The notes: generated from the sequence alone by a model not told the origin. Shown: positions 21,656-32,910, counted from the stretch's first letter. The stretch: 64,000 bases of DNA from Peptococcaceae bacterium (GCA_018334055.1 JAGXSS010000109.1:1260-65259), one strand, 5' to 3'. A program made the numbers and translations.

Positions 21656-22181
21656 GGATGAGCACCACCGCCAGTGACCCGACCACAAACCCTGCTAAAA
21701 TTAACTCGGGCACACCTTGAGTTAGGGCGATGGTCCAAGCCGCCCCTTCGGTGATATAGCCGCGCAGTACCGCCAAAACCAAGGTGCCCATGGTGTTAGC
21801 CATAGTCCCGGCCACTCCTGCCGCGATGCCGGCCAGTCCCAGTGTCCCCAGCAAGCCCCGCCCAGTCGGCAAAAAACGCCGGGCGAGGAGGCTAGTACCA
21901 CGAAATGCCAGCCAGGCAAAGAGCCCAATGACTAGCCTCGCCGGTATAACCACCAAGGGGTCTGGCAAAAATCGCAGGCTAAACAGCCCAAATAAAAGCC
22001 CCACAAAGCCCCCGACCACCGGGCCCTCCAACATCCCCGCCAAAATAACCGGGATGTGCATGATGGTGGCCGCGCCGGCCGGTGTCGGCATGGGGATAAA
22101 CCCCCACCCTGTGACCCCCAGAACAACAGTCAAAGCGGTGAGCAACCCAGAAATAACAATTTGCCGTGTGGACAATTTCAT
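21633..22181 (-). CDS. ECF transporter S component, probable pantothenate/pantetheine (PanT-like)
   Basis: Hydrophobic; ATIMHIPVI...GP motif; directly downstream of coaX. Confidence 0.8.
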   Translation of the reverse strand: MKLSTRQIVISGLLTALTVVLGVTGWGFIPMPTPAGAATIMHIPVILAGMLEGPVVGGFVGLLFGLFSLRFLPDPLVVIPARLVIGLFAWLAFRGTSLLARRFLPTGRGLLGTLGLAGIAAGVAGTMANTMGTLVLAVLRGYITEGAAWTIALTQGVPELILAGFVVGSLAVVLIPRLPRVR

Positions 22182-22184
22182 CTT

Positions 22185-22940
22185 TCATCCTCCGTTCTCG
22201 TTCCTTGCGGATACCAGACGTTTAGCCGCTACCCAGATGCCGAGCAGGGTGAGGTTGGGCTCGTAGACATCGATGACGTCGCCGAGTCCGTCCTGCAAGA
22301 AGGTACCTATGCCCCCGGTCAGGATCACCCGCAGCTTACCTTGTTCTTCCTGTACGCGGCGAATCAGCCCGCGCACCAATTCCAAGTAGCCGTAGTAGAT
22401 TCCTGCCTGTAGACACTCCACCGTGTTGGCATTGATGACGCGCCTTGGCTTGGCCAAGGGCACCTCCGTCAGGAGGGCGGCGCGGCGCATCAAGGCGGTA
22501 AAGGACAGCTCCATGCCGGGGACGATAGCTGTGCCCAGGTACACCCCCTTCTTGATAACGCAGAATGTTGACCCGGTGCCGAGGTCCACATTCAGGCTAT
22601 CTTGTCCCCACAAGCTCCACGATGCCAGCGCATTGGCAAAGAGATCGGGCCCGAGCTCCGCGTAGTTAACCCCGGCAAAGGTAATGCCAAGATCGTCCCG
22701 CACAGCGAGCACTTCGATGGGCAAGTTGCTTATGGCCTCGGCTAGCGCGAGAGTAGCCTGAGGCACCACCGACGCACAGACCACCCTAGCACCCTGAGCA
22801 ATCTGTTGACGCAGAGAGGCATATTCCTCCGCATGCCTAGTGGTAGCAAGCGCCATCACCCTGCCTACCCTGCCCCTGTCATCGATGAAGCCGACACTGG
22901 TACGGGTATTACCGATATTTACCGCCACAAACAAATCCAT
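22185..22940 (-). CDS. coaX: Type III pantothenate kinase, divergent
   Basis: xIGNT, VDLGT, G..I.PG, NTVECLQAG, ILTGG motifs. Confidence 0.8.
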   Translation of the reverse strand: MDLFVAVNIGNTRTSVGFIDDRGRVGRVMALATTRHAEEYASLRQQIAQGARVVCASVVPQATLALAEAISNLPIEVLAVRDDLGITFAGVNYAELGPDLFANALASWSLWGQDSLNVDLGTGSTFCVIKKGVYLGTAIVPGMELSFTALMRRAALLTEVPLAKPRRVINANTVECLQAGIYYGYLELVRGLIRRVQEEQGKLRVILTGGIGTFLQDGLGDVIDVYEPNLTLLGIWVAAKRLVSARNENGG

Positions 22941-23032
22941 CGCCCCCAGCTCTCACCCTCATTCTAAAACTTGTCGGAATACCCTGTCAATGCAGAAGAG
23001 AGGAAGTTGGGGCGGCGAGCAGAATAATTATA

Positions 23033-24421
23033 GTGGTCCTGAAGGGAGGGTCTGCCTTGAGCGAGAAAAGCAGCCGTCAGAAACGCAACCCCATAGCCCA
23101 GAGCGTCTACATTTTAGCCGTGGTTCTATCCTTCTCCATTTTAGCTATGACCATCGTGCTGATCATCCCAGCCGACCTTGGTAGCCCCTATGAGCCGCTT
23201 AAACCCGGCCAAAGCTATATTTTTGACCCTTGGGAAATTACCTTGGGCCACTTGCATATCAGCTACCCTGAGGGGGGGGTACTGGTGGAGGCCACTAGGC
23301 GGGGCGAGCTTACTACCTTTGTTTTGCTTGGCGAGGGGACAGCCCATTTCGCCGCCACCCCCGATGAATCCATCTTCCCGGTACAGCAACTGGTGCTCCA
23401 TACTCACCCGGCCGAGACTGCCACCCTGCGTGGTCAGACCTTTATCGCGCAAGAGGTACTGCCCGAAGCCATGCATGAGGCCGCAACTTTGCTGGAATCC
23501 ATTGCCCACGAAGAACCGTTCCTTGAGGTCTTCGGTGTGCGCAAGGTTTTTTTGCCTCGCCGTGGTGTGGCCCGCGTGGCTCTTTTTAGCCCTGAGGGGG
23601 CGAGGGCCACCTACATTCAGGCCAGGCGCACGATCTGGCAAGTGCCCGATCAACAGCCCATCATCATATCAAACCCCGCCGCCAAACAGTATCCACCCCA
23701 CGATCAATTCATCTTCAGTCTGACTATTTTAGCCGTGATGCTGGCCGCAGTGGCCGCCGGGGTAGTATTTGTCACCCAGCAGTATGATCCGCGCGCCACT
23801 TATGGCCATGCCGGAGCCAAGCTGGTGTGGCCCCTGGGTCTCGCTTTGCTGCACGCCACTGTTGAAGCCGTGCTGATTGCGTCCGACCTGCACACCTTGG
23901 TCATTCTGGCTTGGCGGATCATGGTGCTCGCCGGCATCCTGTGGATTGCCGACACCTATGGCGACGCCCTAAACTTCCTAGGCTGCACGACCAAGAAGGT
24001 CCTTCCCGCCATCGGCACCGGAATATGGTGCGGCTTCCTCCTCTACCTTTGCGGCACCTTGGCTCTGCCGAGCGGACTCAACATGGTCACGCCGGAACAA
24101 ATTCTCAACTTAGTCTATCTCACCGTGAGTGCCGCCCTGTTTCGCGAAATCTTGTGGCGAGGTCTGGTGCAGGGGGCCTTCCGCCAGCACTATAATGCCG
24201 CCCTCAGTATCGGGGCAACCACGGTATTAGCCGCGTTGTTTTCGCTTTTGCCGGCACTGTTGGCCGGCAATTTCCCCACCGCCGTCTTGATCCAGAGCTT
24301 CTTTATCGTGCCCATGAGCGCGTTCATGCTCGGCTTTGTCTACGAGCGCACCCACAACATCTTTGCGCCCCTTGCGACTGTTACTACTATGCATGTGCTC
24401 TCCTTTCTGCTCAACTTCTAA
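23033..24421 (+). CDS. Membrane protein with extracellular domain and C-terminal CPBP (CAAX protease-like) domain
   Basis: REILWRG and GFVYERT..IFAP...H patterns in a multi-TM C-terminus. Confidence 0.65.
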   Translation: MVLKGGSALSEKSSRQKRNPIAQSVYILAVVLSFSILAMTIVLIIPADLGSPYEPLKPGQSYIFDPWEITLGHLHISYPEGGVLVEATRRGELTTFVLLGEGTAHFAATPDESIFPVQQLVLHTHPAETATLRGQTFIAQEVLPEAMHEAATLLESIAHEEPFLEVFGVRKVFLPRRGVARVALFSPEGARATYIQARRTIWQVPDQQPIIISNPAAKQYPPHDQFIFSLTILAVMLAAVAAGVVFVTQQYDPRATYGHAGAKLVWPLGLALLHATVEAVLIASDLHTLVILAWRIMVLAGILWIADTYGDALNFLGCTTKKVLPAIGTGIWCGFLLYLCGTLALPSGLNMVTPEQILNLVYLTVSAALFREILWRGLVQGAFRQHYNAALSIGATTVLAALFSLLPALLAGNFPTAVLIQSFFIVPMSAFMLGFVYERTHNIFAPLATVTTMHVLSFLLNF

Positions 24422-24492
24422 CTTCAGTCAAGATACAGCCAAGATAATTATCAGGTGAATGTAGCACAATACACTTAAACTTAATATGTGGG

Positions 24493-25236
24493 GTGATGAA
24501 ATTGGCTAGACTCACACGTTTGTTGGCGATTATGTTCAGCGCTCTCTTTTTAGTTGCCTGCTTCCGTATCGACCAGGCGAAACCCCTACCGGAACCCATC
24601 AAGGCCTGGATTGAACAATCGCGCTCTATGTTTGTGGCGCAATCCAAGACGCTGGATGGCAGGCTCTACATTTTGGTAACCTACGGCGAAAAGCCCACCG
24701 GAGGATATGTGGTCGAAATCGGCAAAATTAACGTCACCGCTGACAAAGTCACCGTCCCGGTCAGGTTCAAAAAACCCGCGCCCGGCGAAGTGGTAACCCA
24801 GGCCTTGACCCGCCCCTATGATCTCGAAACCATTGCCGCCACGAACCTCCCCCTAGAGTTTGTCCCGGCGGGAGATGAGGAGTACTTGCCCACTCTTATC
24901 GGCATTGACGAACTCAGACCTATCGTCGCCTCTTCCCGCGGCGTCAAAGTTTTTGCCCCCACTCCGCAAAGCACCGTGCCGAGGCGTTTTGTGCTCGATG
25001 GGGTGGCCAATGTCTTTGAGGGCAATGTGCAGTACCGGCTGCTAGACAACCAAGGGCGAGAGCTCGACCAAGGCTTTACCACGGGCGCCATGGGCGCCTG
25101 GGGCTACTTTAGGACGGAACTCAATGTCCCCGCCCAGGTCACCACCGGCGCAAGGATGCTGCTCGACGTGTTTACCACAAGCCCCAAAGACGGCTCGATT
25201 AACGAGCAGATCTTTATTGAACTGGTTTTGCGGTAG
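24493..25236 (+). CDS. Lipoprotein with PrcB C-terminal-like and Gmad2 Ig-like domains
   Basis: Lipobox LVAC; GEKPTGGY...QALTRPY; GVANVFEGNV...SPKDGS. Confidence 0.75.
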   Translation: MMKLARLTRLLAIMFSALFLVACFRIDQAKPLPEPIKAWIEQSRSMFVAQSKTLDGRLYILVTYGEKPTGGYVVEIGKINVTADKVTVPVRFKKPAPGEVVTQALTRPYDLETIAATNLPLEFVPAGDEEYLPTLIGIDELRPIVASSRGVKVFAPTPQSTVPRRFVLDGVANVFEGNVQYRLLDNQGRELDQGFTTGAMGAWGYFRTELNVPAQVTTGARMLLDVFTTSPKDGSINEQIFIELVLR

Positions 25237-25649
25237 AGGTGCTCGTGAGCTGCGTCCACGTGACCGAATGCGGCACCCTGCCCGCACCTGCGCCCGATAC
25301 CCATCAGCCAAAATCCATCTTGACCCTATCAAATTCGATAGGGTCATTTTGTTTAACAGGCTAGTATGGCGGCTCCGAGGGGCCTTCCCCCATCTCCTGT
25401 GTAGCACGGCTTAGTTCATGTAGCAGTCTTTGCTACACTACTGCGCCTTCGTGGCGCAAAGTCCCTTTTGTCCTGGGACAAAAAAATGCACACCCCTTCC
25501 CTTAATTCGTTGAGAGATTAACGAGGGGTGTGCATTTTATCATTTGATAGTAGATTAGCCAATTTACTATCATCTATTGATAAAAGAAATTTTATTGGTG
25601 GGTGGTTTTTTTACCCAAGAGCCTCGTAATAAAGCCGCTCCTGCGGTTT

Positions 25650-25795
25650 TGAACTGAGCCCCACTACCTAGACACATTAAAAGCCCGGAAGTTGAGCAGC
25701 CAATAGATGGTTCCTGTACTCTTAGGCGCCATCTTTTTTCTTGTCCACTGATAGCGATTGTGATTGTAGTATCGAATGTATTTCACGGCCTATTT
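25650..25795 (-). mobile_element. IS3-family remnant (transposase C-terminus and right inverted repeat)
   Basis: Minus strand YIRYYNHNRYQWTRKKMAP/EYRNHLLAA (frameshifted), then ...TGTCTAGGTAGTGGGGCTCAGTTCA, an IS3-type terminal repeat. Confidence 0.75.
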
Positions 25796-25936
25796 GTGTC
25801 AGGGAATAGATTTAGTGTTCCTGCTCCTACGGAAGAGACCGCCACCCGGAGATTAAACGACTAGCGACGTTGGAAGAAAGGTGCCTATCCCCTACGTCCC
25901 TGTATCTGGAGGGGAAGCAGTGAAGAGTGCTAAGGG

Positions 25937-26311
25937 CTAGAGCGTTTGCCTAGCTATATCCCGGCTGGCAACAATATCCACATCAAGCCCAAGGATTTTG
26001 GCGTAGACAACTTGCCCCGTCTCTATCGGAGCGTCAACCACTACTTCGCTCAGCATTTGCACTCCAACAGCAATGTAGTCCTTGGGCATAGAGGCAGAGG
26101 AAACAACGGGCAGCAACGGTACAACGCCGCCTCGGACAGTCACAGTCGTGGTCAGCAGACGCATAGGATTAGTAGCCTCCGCTATCGCATAACTTTCCCC
26201 CCGCTTACAGGTGTAGCCATGCACTGTAGGGTCTTGTCCAACTTCGATACTTACCTCACCTATGCAACTAATCGGACAAACGATGCAAATTACTTTACGG
26301 CTAGCGCTCAT
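25937..26311 (-). CDS. DUF1667 Cys-rich small protein (Fe-S/Zn subunit of G3P dehydrogenase cluster)
   Basis: CIVCPISC...CKRG..YA..E...P.R.LTTTV. Confidence 0.85.
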   Translation of the reverse strand: MSASRKVICIVCPISCIGEVSIEVGQDPTVHGYTCKRGESYAIAEATNPMRLLTTTVTVRGGVVPLLPVVSSASMPKDYIAVGVQMLSEVVVDAPIETGQVVYAKILGLDVDIVASRDIARQTL

Positions 26312-26314
26312 GCT

Positions 26315-29062
26315 CTACACTCCATCCTTAAGAGACACGCACAGCGCTTCAGTCATGTGTTCTAAGTCAAGGATGTCAATGTCCACGGAAATCATCTCGC
26401 TTGGTTTGGCCACAGGGAATCTTTTGGCTAAGAGCTTTTTTTGTCCTCCCGAGACGGTGAGGGTGCACTTGGGCATCGGAACGGCAGCGCGCAAGTAAAG
26501 GCGTATCTTTCCTGCCGCTCCCGGGACAAGTGTAATTTGCTGTGGCACGACGGAGCGTACTCCATCGCCAGCCCTGACGGCTAGCACAGGGTGCTCGGTG
26601 AGCAGGCTGCCTGCCGCGAAATCTGCGGCCGCCCACCCCGCGATTTCGCTTTCCTCAGAAACAAAATCAACTAAGTCGTGAACGTGCAAGACATTCCCTG
26701 CCGCAAACACGCCCGGCACCGAAGTCTGCCGAAATTGATCGACAATTGGCCCTGATGTTTCAGAGTCAAGCATAATCCCCATTTCCCGCGACAGCTCGTT
26801 CTCGGGGATGAGTCCTACCGATAGCAGCAAGCAATCGCAGTCCAAAAAGAACTCGCTTCCAGGCACAGGGGATCTGTGCTCATCTACCTTGGCCACTGTC
26901 ACCCCGGTTACGCGGTCTCTGCCGTGTATCTCGATTACGGTGTGGGAGAGATATAGAGGAATATCATAGTCTTCAAGGCATTGCACAATATTACGGGTTA
27001 AGCCATTAGAGTAAGGCATAATCTCAACTACTGCCAGCACTTTGGCTCCTTCAAGCGTCAGCCGTCTTGCCATAATCAAGCCAATATCGCCTGACCCTAG
27101 GACTACTATGCGGTTGCCGGGAAGGAATCCCTCCATGTTGACTATGCGCTGTGCAGCACCGGCGGTGAAAACGCCCGCTGGGCGATCCCCAGGAATCCTA
27201 ATAGCGCCGCGGGTTCGCTCGCGACAACCCATAGCTAGAACCACGGCACGCGCGGCAATCTCGAAAGGACCACGTGAAGCACTAGAAACAAACACGCTAA
27301 AATTTGGTTTTATCTCTTGCGCCATCGTGTCTAGGCAGACGGTAATAGCAGGGTCGGCCTGCACCTTGTCGATGTATCGCTGCGCATAAGTGGGGCCGGT
27401 TAGCTCTTCGTTGAAACGGTGGAGGCCAAAGCCGTTGTGGATGCATTGATTAAGGATGCCTCCTAATTCGCGATCCCGTTCAATAATTACAACTCGCTTA
27501 GCGCCGCGTTCCCGCGCTGTAAGTGCCGCCGCCATACCAGCTGGGCCACCTCCGATTACCGCTACATCAAACTTAGGATTTAATTCCAAATTAGGCCCTT
27601 TGCCGCGCCGCGGGAAATACAGGAAAGACTTAGACTTATCTTTGCGAACGGAACTTAAGGGCATGTTTAGCTCTCGTGAGAGCAGCGCTGACACGCGTGG
27701 ACCGCAGAACCCTCCTTGACAGCGTCCCATACCCGCGCGCGTGCGCACTTTAACCGCGTCAAGCGTGTGTGCCGGACAAGGCGCGTGAATCGCCTCGACG
27801 ATTTCTGCCTCCGTCACAGTCTCGCAGCGGCAGACAATCCGTCCATGAAGAGGGTTTAGTCTAAAGCTGCTCTCCCTAGCCTTATTGCTTTTTTCCTTAA
27901 AGCTTAGGTGAGGCTCGCGTACAGGTACAAAGCGTGGGTTGGAGTTTAGCGCTAGCCCAAGTTCGCGAAGCATCTCAACCACAGCTTCGGCGATAGCGGG
28001 GGCAGCCGTGAGCCCAGGTGACTGAATTCCGCCTACATGAACCAAGCCGTGCACAACTGACGACGAGCCGACAATGAAGTCGTCGTGCGCTGCCACCGCC
28101 CTCAATCCCGCAAACTGCGTGATTACAGACCCAAGTCCCAGACTGGGGATTAGTCGTCTAGCACCCACGATGATTTCGGACATTCCCTGTGCAGAAGTTC
28201 CTACATCGCCTGGGTCGGCAACATCTAGAGCGTTTGGCCCGATAAACAAATTCCCATGCACCGTCGGTCCGATAACTATGCCTTTGGACACTTTAGTCGG
28301 TGTAGGGAAAAGCACGGACCTTACACAATCGCCAAGCGATGTGTCAAATAGCAGGTATTCGCCCTTGCGCGGGGTAATCGCTATGCTTTCGTCCCCCCCT
28401 AAAGCCGCAACGCTACCTGCGTGCACGCCAGCGGCATTGATTACATATGGTGTTTGGATGCGGCCTCGACCTGTAACAACTCCTGTTACTCTGCCTTGCG
28501 CAACTAGAATTTGCTCTACCTCATGTTCTAGCCAAATCTTGACTCCGTTTTGCACGGCATTTTCTGCGAATGCCAGAGTAGCGTCAAATGGGGATACAAT
28601 CCCCGCTGTGGGAGCCCACAAAGCACCTACTACTCCGTGCGCAAGGTTGGGTTCCCTGTCAAGCAAGTCGTTCCTTGAAAGCAGTTCGAGTTTTGGTACT
28701 CCGTTCTCCTTACCTCGGCTGAGAAGGTCTTCTAGCACATGCAAGTCATCAGGCTCGAGTGCGACCACAAGTGAGCCAATCCATTTAAGTCGGATACCAA
28801 GCTCAGCCTCTAGCTGACGATATAGGACATTACCCCGCGCATTAAATAAGGCCTTCTTTGTCCCGGGGGTTGCGTCAAACCCTGCGTGAAGAATGCCGCT
28901 GTTCGCTTTGGAGGTGCCCATAGCCAGGTCAGGATGTTTTTCTAGTAGGACAATCGACAAGTTGTAACGCGAAAGCTCGCGTGCTATGGCGGAGCCGATT
29001 ATTCCGCCCCCGATAATGACTACGTCGGCCCGTGTTTCGTTTGTCAAATCTCTTTCCTCCAC
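26315..29062 (-). CDS. Fused FAD-dependent glycerol-3-phosphate dehydrogenase (with BFD-like [2Fe-2S]) and FAD/NAD(P) oxidoreductase
   Basis: GGGIIG + NSGILHAG; CRCE...GRCQGGFC; second GGGPAG + NQCIHNGFG + GSGDIG; downstream of glpK. Confidence 0.85.
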   Translation of the reverse strand: MEERDLTNETRADVVIIGGGIIGSAIARELSRYNLSIVLLEKHPDLAMGTSKANSGILHAGFDATPGTKKALFNARGNVLYRQLEAELGIRLKWIGSLVVALEPDDLHVLEDLLSRGKENGVPKLELLSRNDLLDREPNLAHGVVGALWAPTAGIVSPFDATLAFAENAVQNGVKIWLEHEVEQILVAQGRVTGVVTGRGRIQTPYVINAAGVHAGSVAALGGDESIAITPRKGEYLLFDTSLGDCVRSVLFPTPTKVSKGIVIGPTVHGNLFIGPNALDVADPGDVGTSAQGMSEIIVGARRLIPSLGLGSVITQFAGLRAVAAHDDFIVGSSSVVHGLVHVGGIQSPGLTAAPAIAEAVVEMLRELGLALNSNPRFVPVREPHLSFKEKSNKARESSFRLNPLHGRIVCRCETVTEAEIVEAIHAPCPAHTLDAVKVRTRAGMGRCQGGFCGPRVSALLSRELNMPLSSVRKDKSKSFLYFPRRGKGPNLELNPKFDVAVIGGGPAGMAAALTARERGAKRVVIIERDRELGGILNQCIHNGFGLHRFNEELTGPTYAQRYIDKVQADPAITVCLDTMAQEIKPNFSVFVSSASRGPFEIAARAVVLAMGCRERTRGAIRIPGDRPAGVFTAGAAQRIVNMEGFLPGNRIVVLGSGDIGLIMARRLTLEGAKVLAVVEIMPYSNGLTRNIVQCLEDYDIPLYLSHTVIEIHGRDRVTGVTVAKVDEHRSPVPGSEFFLDCDCLLLSVGLIPENELSREMGIMLDSETSGPIVDQFRQTSVPGVFAAGNVLHVHDLVDFVSEESEIAGWAAADFAAGSLLTEHPVLAVRAGDGVRSVVPQQITLVPGAAGKIRLYLRAAVPMPKCTLTVSGGQKKLLAKRFPVAKPSEMISVDIDILDLEHMTEALCVSLKDGV

Positions 29063-29118
29063 ATTACTGGACCGTCTCTAAATCTCCGTCCGCCAAAGTC
29101 TTCTATATGGGCAAAAAC

Positions 29119-29688
29119 CTATCGCCAAAGCTCAGGGCGACTGGTACTCACGGCAGTTACTCCACTCTTAAGCACACGCGAAATCTCTTCGTGTGTGGAG
29201 AGCAATCCCCCCGCCATAATTGGTAAGCGCGTCTGAGTCAGTAAGTTTGCGATTATTGGCGCTGGGATTGCTGCGGGCAATACTTCCAGCATATCTGGCC
29301 GTGTGTTTTTCAGCAAGCTAAGCCCTGTACGTATGGATTCTGAGTCCACAAGGAACAGCCGTTGAATGACCAAAAGCCCCTCCTCTTGCGCTAGCCGCAC
29401 TAGTTGGGTCTTAGTAGAAATAACCGCCGTGATTCCCATCCGCGCAATCAGCTTAAGTCCAGCACGGTCTTTGCCCAGTCCGTCAAAGAGGTCAAAGTGA
29501 ATTATCAGGCGTTTTCGCCATTTACTGGCTTCATCGACAAGGTCGGGCAAGTCGTTAATGTCGCCAAAAAGCACGATGACGCTTGCGGCAGGTGTGCTAC
29601 TTAGGGCAAGACGGAAGTTCTCAGCGTTGCGCACAGCAGGGACAATGGGGTGAGTGCCTACGATTTTCGCTGCGGTTAGTGATACCAC
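29119..29688 (-). CDS. glpP: Glycerol-3-phosphate-responsive antiterminator
   Basis: HFDLFDGL, IQRLFLVDS, EVLP, AGGL, AVSTS. Confidence 0.92.
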   Translation of the reverse strand: MVSLTAAKIVGTHPIVPAVRNAENFRLALSSTPAASVIVLFGDINDLPDLVDEASKWRKRLIIHFDLFDGLGKDRAGLKLIARMGITAVISTKTQLVRLAQEEGLLVIQRLFLVDSESIRTGLSLLKNTRPDMLEVLPAAIPAPIIANLLTQTRLPIMAGGLLSTHEEISRVLKSGVTAVSTSRPELWR

Positions 29689-29716
29689 GGCTCACTTCCT
29701 TCCTGTTTTCAGGGCT

Positions 29717-29745
29717 GGTGGCAGCGCGCAATTCGCGCTGCCACC
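29717..29745. terminator. Hairpin between glpK and glpP (terminator or mRNA stabiliser)
   Basis: tggtggcagcgcg / cgcgctgccacca inverted repeat. Confidence 0.55.
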
Positions 29746-29766
29746 AAATCTGAATCTTGAGCGAAA

Positions 29767-31275
<1,509 letters not shown>

Positions 31276-32124
31276 TTATATGGGGATGCTTGGATATCCG
31301 TCGGGCTTAGCGCTTGGTAGTACCTTCTCCACATACGCATCTTTATCGGTAGTGTAGGCCATGCCTAAAATTCCGACAACCACAGCACCTAACGCCCAGA
31401 ATACAGTCGTGAATTCGCCTTGAAACACAGCTTGATAGAAAACGGCGCCAAAGGCCCCGCCAATGATTGGACCAAGAACCGGAATCCATGCATACCCCCA
31501 GTTTGAATCGCCCTTGCCGGGAATGGGCAGCAGAAAATGGGCGATGCGAGGGCCGAGGTCGCGAGCCGGGTTAATGGCGTAACCGGTGGTTCCGCCTAAA
31601 GACATGCCAATGGCTGTAATCAACAAACCCACGGCAATAGGGTTCAGTCCCTGCGTAAACTGATTTGCGCCGATGAACATTAAGCCGAGAATCAGCACAA
31701 ACGTACCAAATACTTCGCTGAAGAGGTTGGCATATGTGCTCTTGATGGCTGGACCTGTAGAAAAGACTCCGAGTTTGGTTCCCGCATCCTCGGTCGCCTT
31801 CCAGTGTGGCAAATAGTGTAAAAACACTAACGCAGCACCGATAATAGCACCTATCATTTGGGCAAGAATGTACGCAGGCACATCCGCCCAATCAAAGGCA
31901 CCATTGACGGCTAGCGCTATGGTCACCGCTGGATTGAGATGAGCCCCGCTGATGCTCCCAACGGCAAAGACAGCCATAGTCACCGCTAGCCCCCACGCCA
32001 GCGCAATAACGACCCAACCGGGACTATTAGAGTATACCTTCTTGAGGTTGGCTCCCGCGCACACGCCTCCGCCAAAGATGATAAGAACCATTGTGCCGAT
32101 AACTTCTCCCATGAATGGTGACAT
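31276..32124 (-). CDS. glpF: Glycerol uptake facilitator (aquaglyceroporin)
   Basis: HLNPAVT and INPARD motifs. Confidence 0.96.
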   Translation of the reverse strand: MSPFMGEVIGTMVLIIFGGGVCAGANLKKVYSNSPGWVVIALAWGLAVTMAVFAVGSISGAHLNPAVTIALAVNGAFDWADVPAYILAQMIGAIIGAALVFLHYLPHWKATEDAGTKLGVFSTGPAIKSTYANLFSEVFGTFVLILGLMFIGANQFTQGLNPIAVGLLITAIGMSLGGTTGYAINPARDLGPRIAHFLLPIPGKGDSNWGYAWIPVLGPIIGGAFGAVFYQAVFQGEFTTVFWALGAVVVGILGMAYTTDKDAYVEKVLPSAKPDGYPSIPI

Positions 32125-32249
32125 AATATGACCCCTTTCTTTTAGTGTAATTTGTTGAACTGGTTTCCTGCAAGTCGACCGTAGCCCTCAACCCACAACG
32201 GTTCTCTAACAACAACCTCCCTTCAGCTGTCGACCCGAACCAGAGCGAA

Positions 32250-32318
32250 TAAAAACAAAAGCCCAAACACACCCGGCACATTACGCAGGAGTGAATGGAC
32301 TTTCTCTTAATCTCTAGT
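32250..32318 (-). promoter_or_regulatory. GlpP-dependent leader terminator/antiterminator
   Basis: Purine-rich TAGAGATTAAGAGA run overlapping an AAAGTCCA...TGGGCTTTT stem with U tail upstream of glpF, as in Bacillus glp leaders. Confidence 0.6.
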
Positions 32319-32833
32319 CCAGCATTCTCGATTATTATGTATTTTCTCCAACTATTGCACAATTCCTTCTAAGCGAAAATAATTTTTTCATCTTTCTGAA
32401 CTGACTTTCACTACACGCGAGGCTAGCAAGGCCCAAGAAGTATCTTGCGGTACAATAAAGCACAAGCCGTGCGACTGATAGCTCGCTATCACGTTCCACT
32501 TCTTGTTGCCGGTTCACGCGTCTTTGGTGTGCGGTTTGGAGCGTACACTTTCTTAGGAACTCTAGTCACGGTAGCAGCTGTCATTCTTACGCAGGGGCTG
32601 CCTCTTCTTTCTCAAGACCCATTGCTTGGAACGCAGGGGACAGGTACTTTTGTTCCTCATGAAATTTTCGATTGCCCAGAAAAACGAAGTCGCGACAGGT
32701 TGCTGTGAAGGTTCAATTTCACGGCCCTCCCCCGTTTTTTGTGCCGCTCTGCTTCTGGTTCATCGCGCAACTAGGGGGTATGGCTGCTGGGATGCTTAAG
32801 TGAAGCTGGGATGCACTGCGGAACGCGAAGAAC

Positions 32834-32910
32834 GCCGAGTAGCCCGAGGGACTCTCACCCCCGGGCCCTCCCAGAACCGGACGTGAGCCTCTCGACTCAT
32901 CCGGCTCTTG
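32834..32910 (-). mobile_element. Group II intron 3' remnant (domains V and VI)
   Basis: GAGCCGGATGAGTC-GAGA-GGCTCACGTCCGGTTC (DV, AGC triad, GNRA loop), then CCCGGGGG...CCCTCGGGCTACTCGGC (DVI with bulged A). Confidence 0.85.

Noticed and set aside
32335-32708. ORFs 32335-32517, 32445-32708 and a cre-like TGAAAGTCAGTTCA near 32397
   Set aside because: No RBS or motifs for the ORFs; the site lacks the central CG of cre
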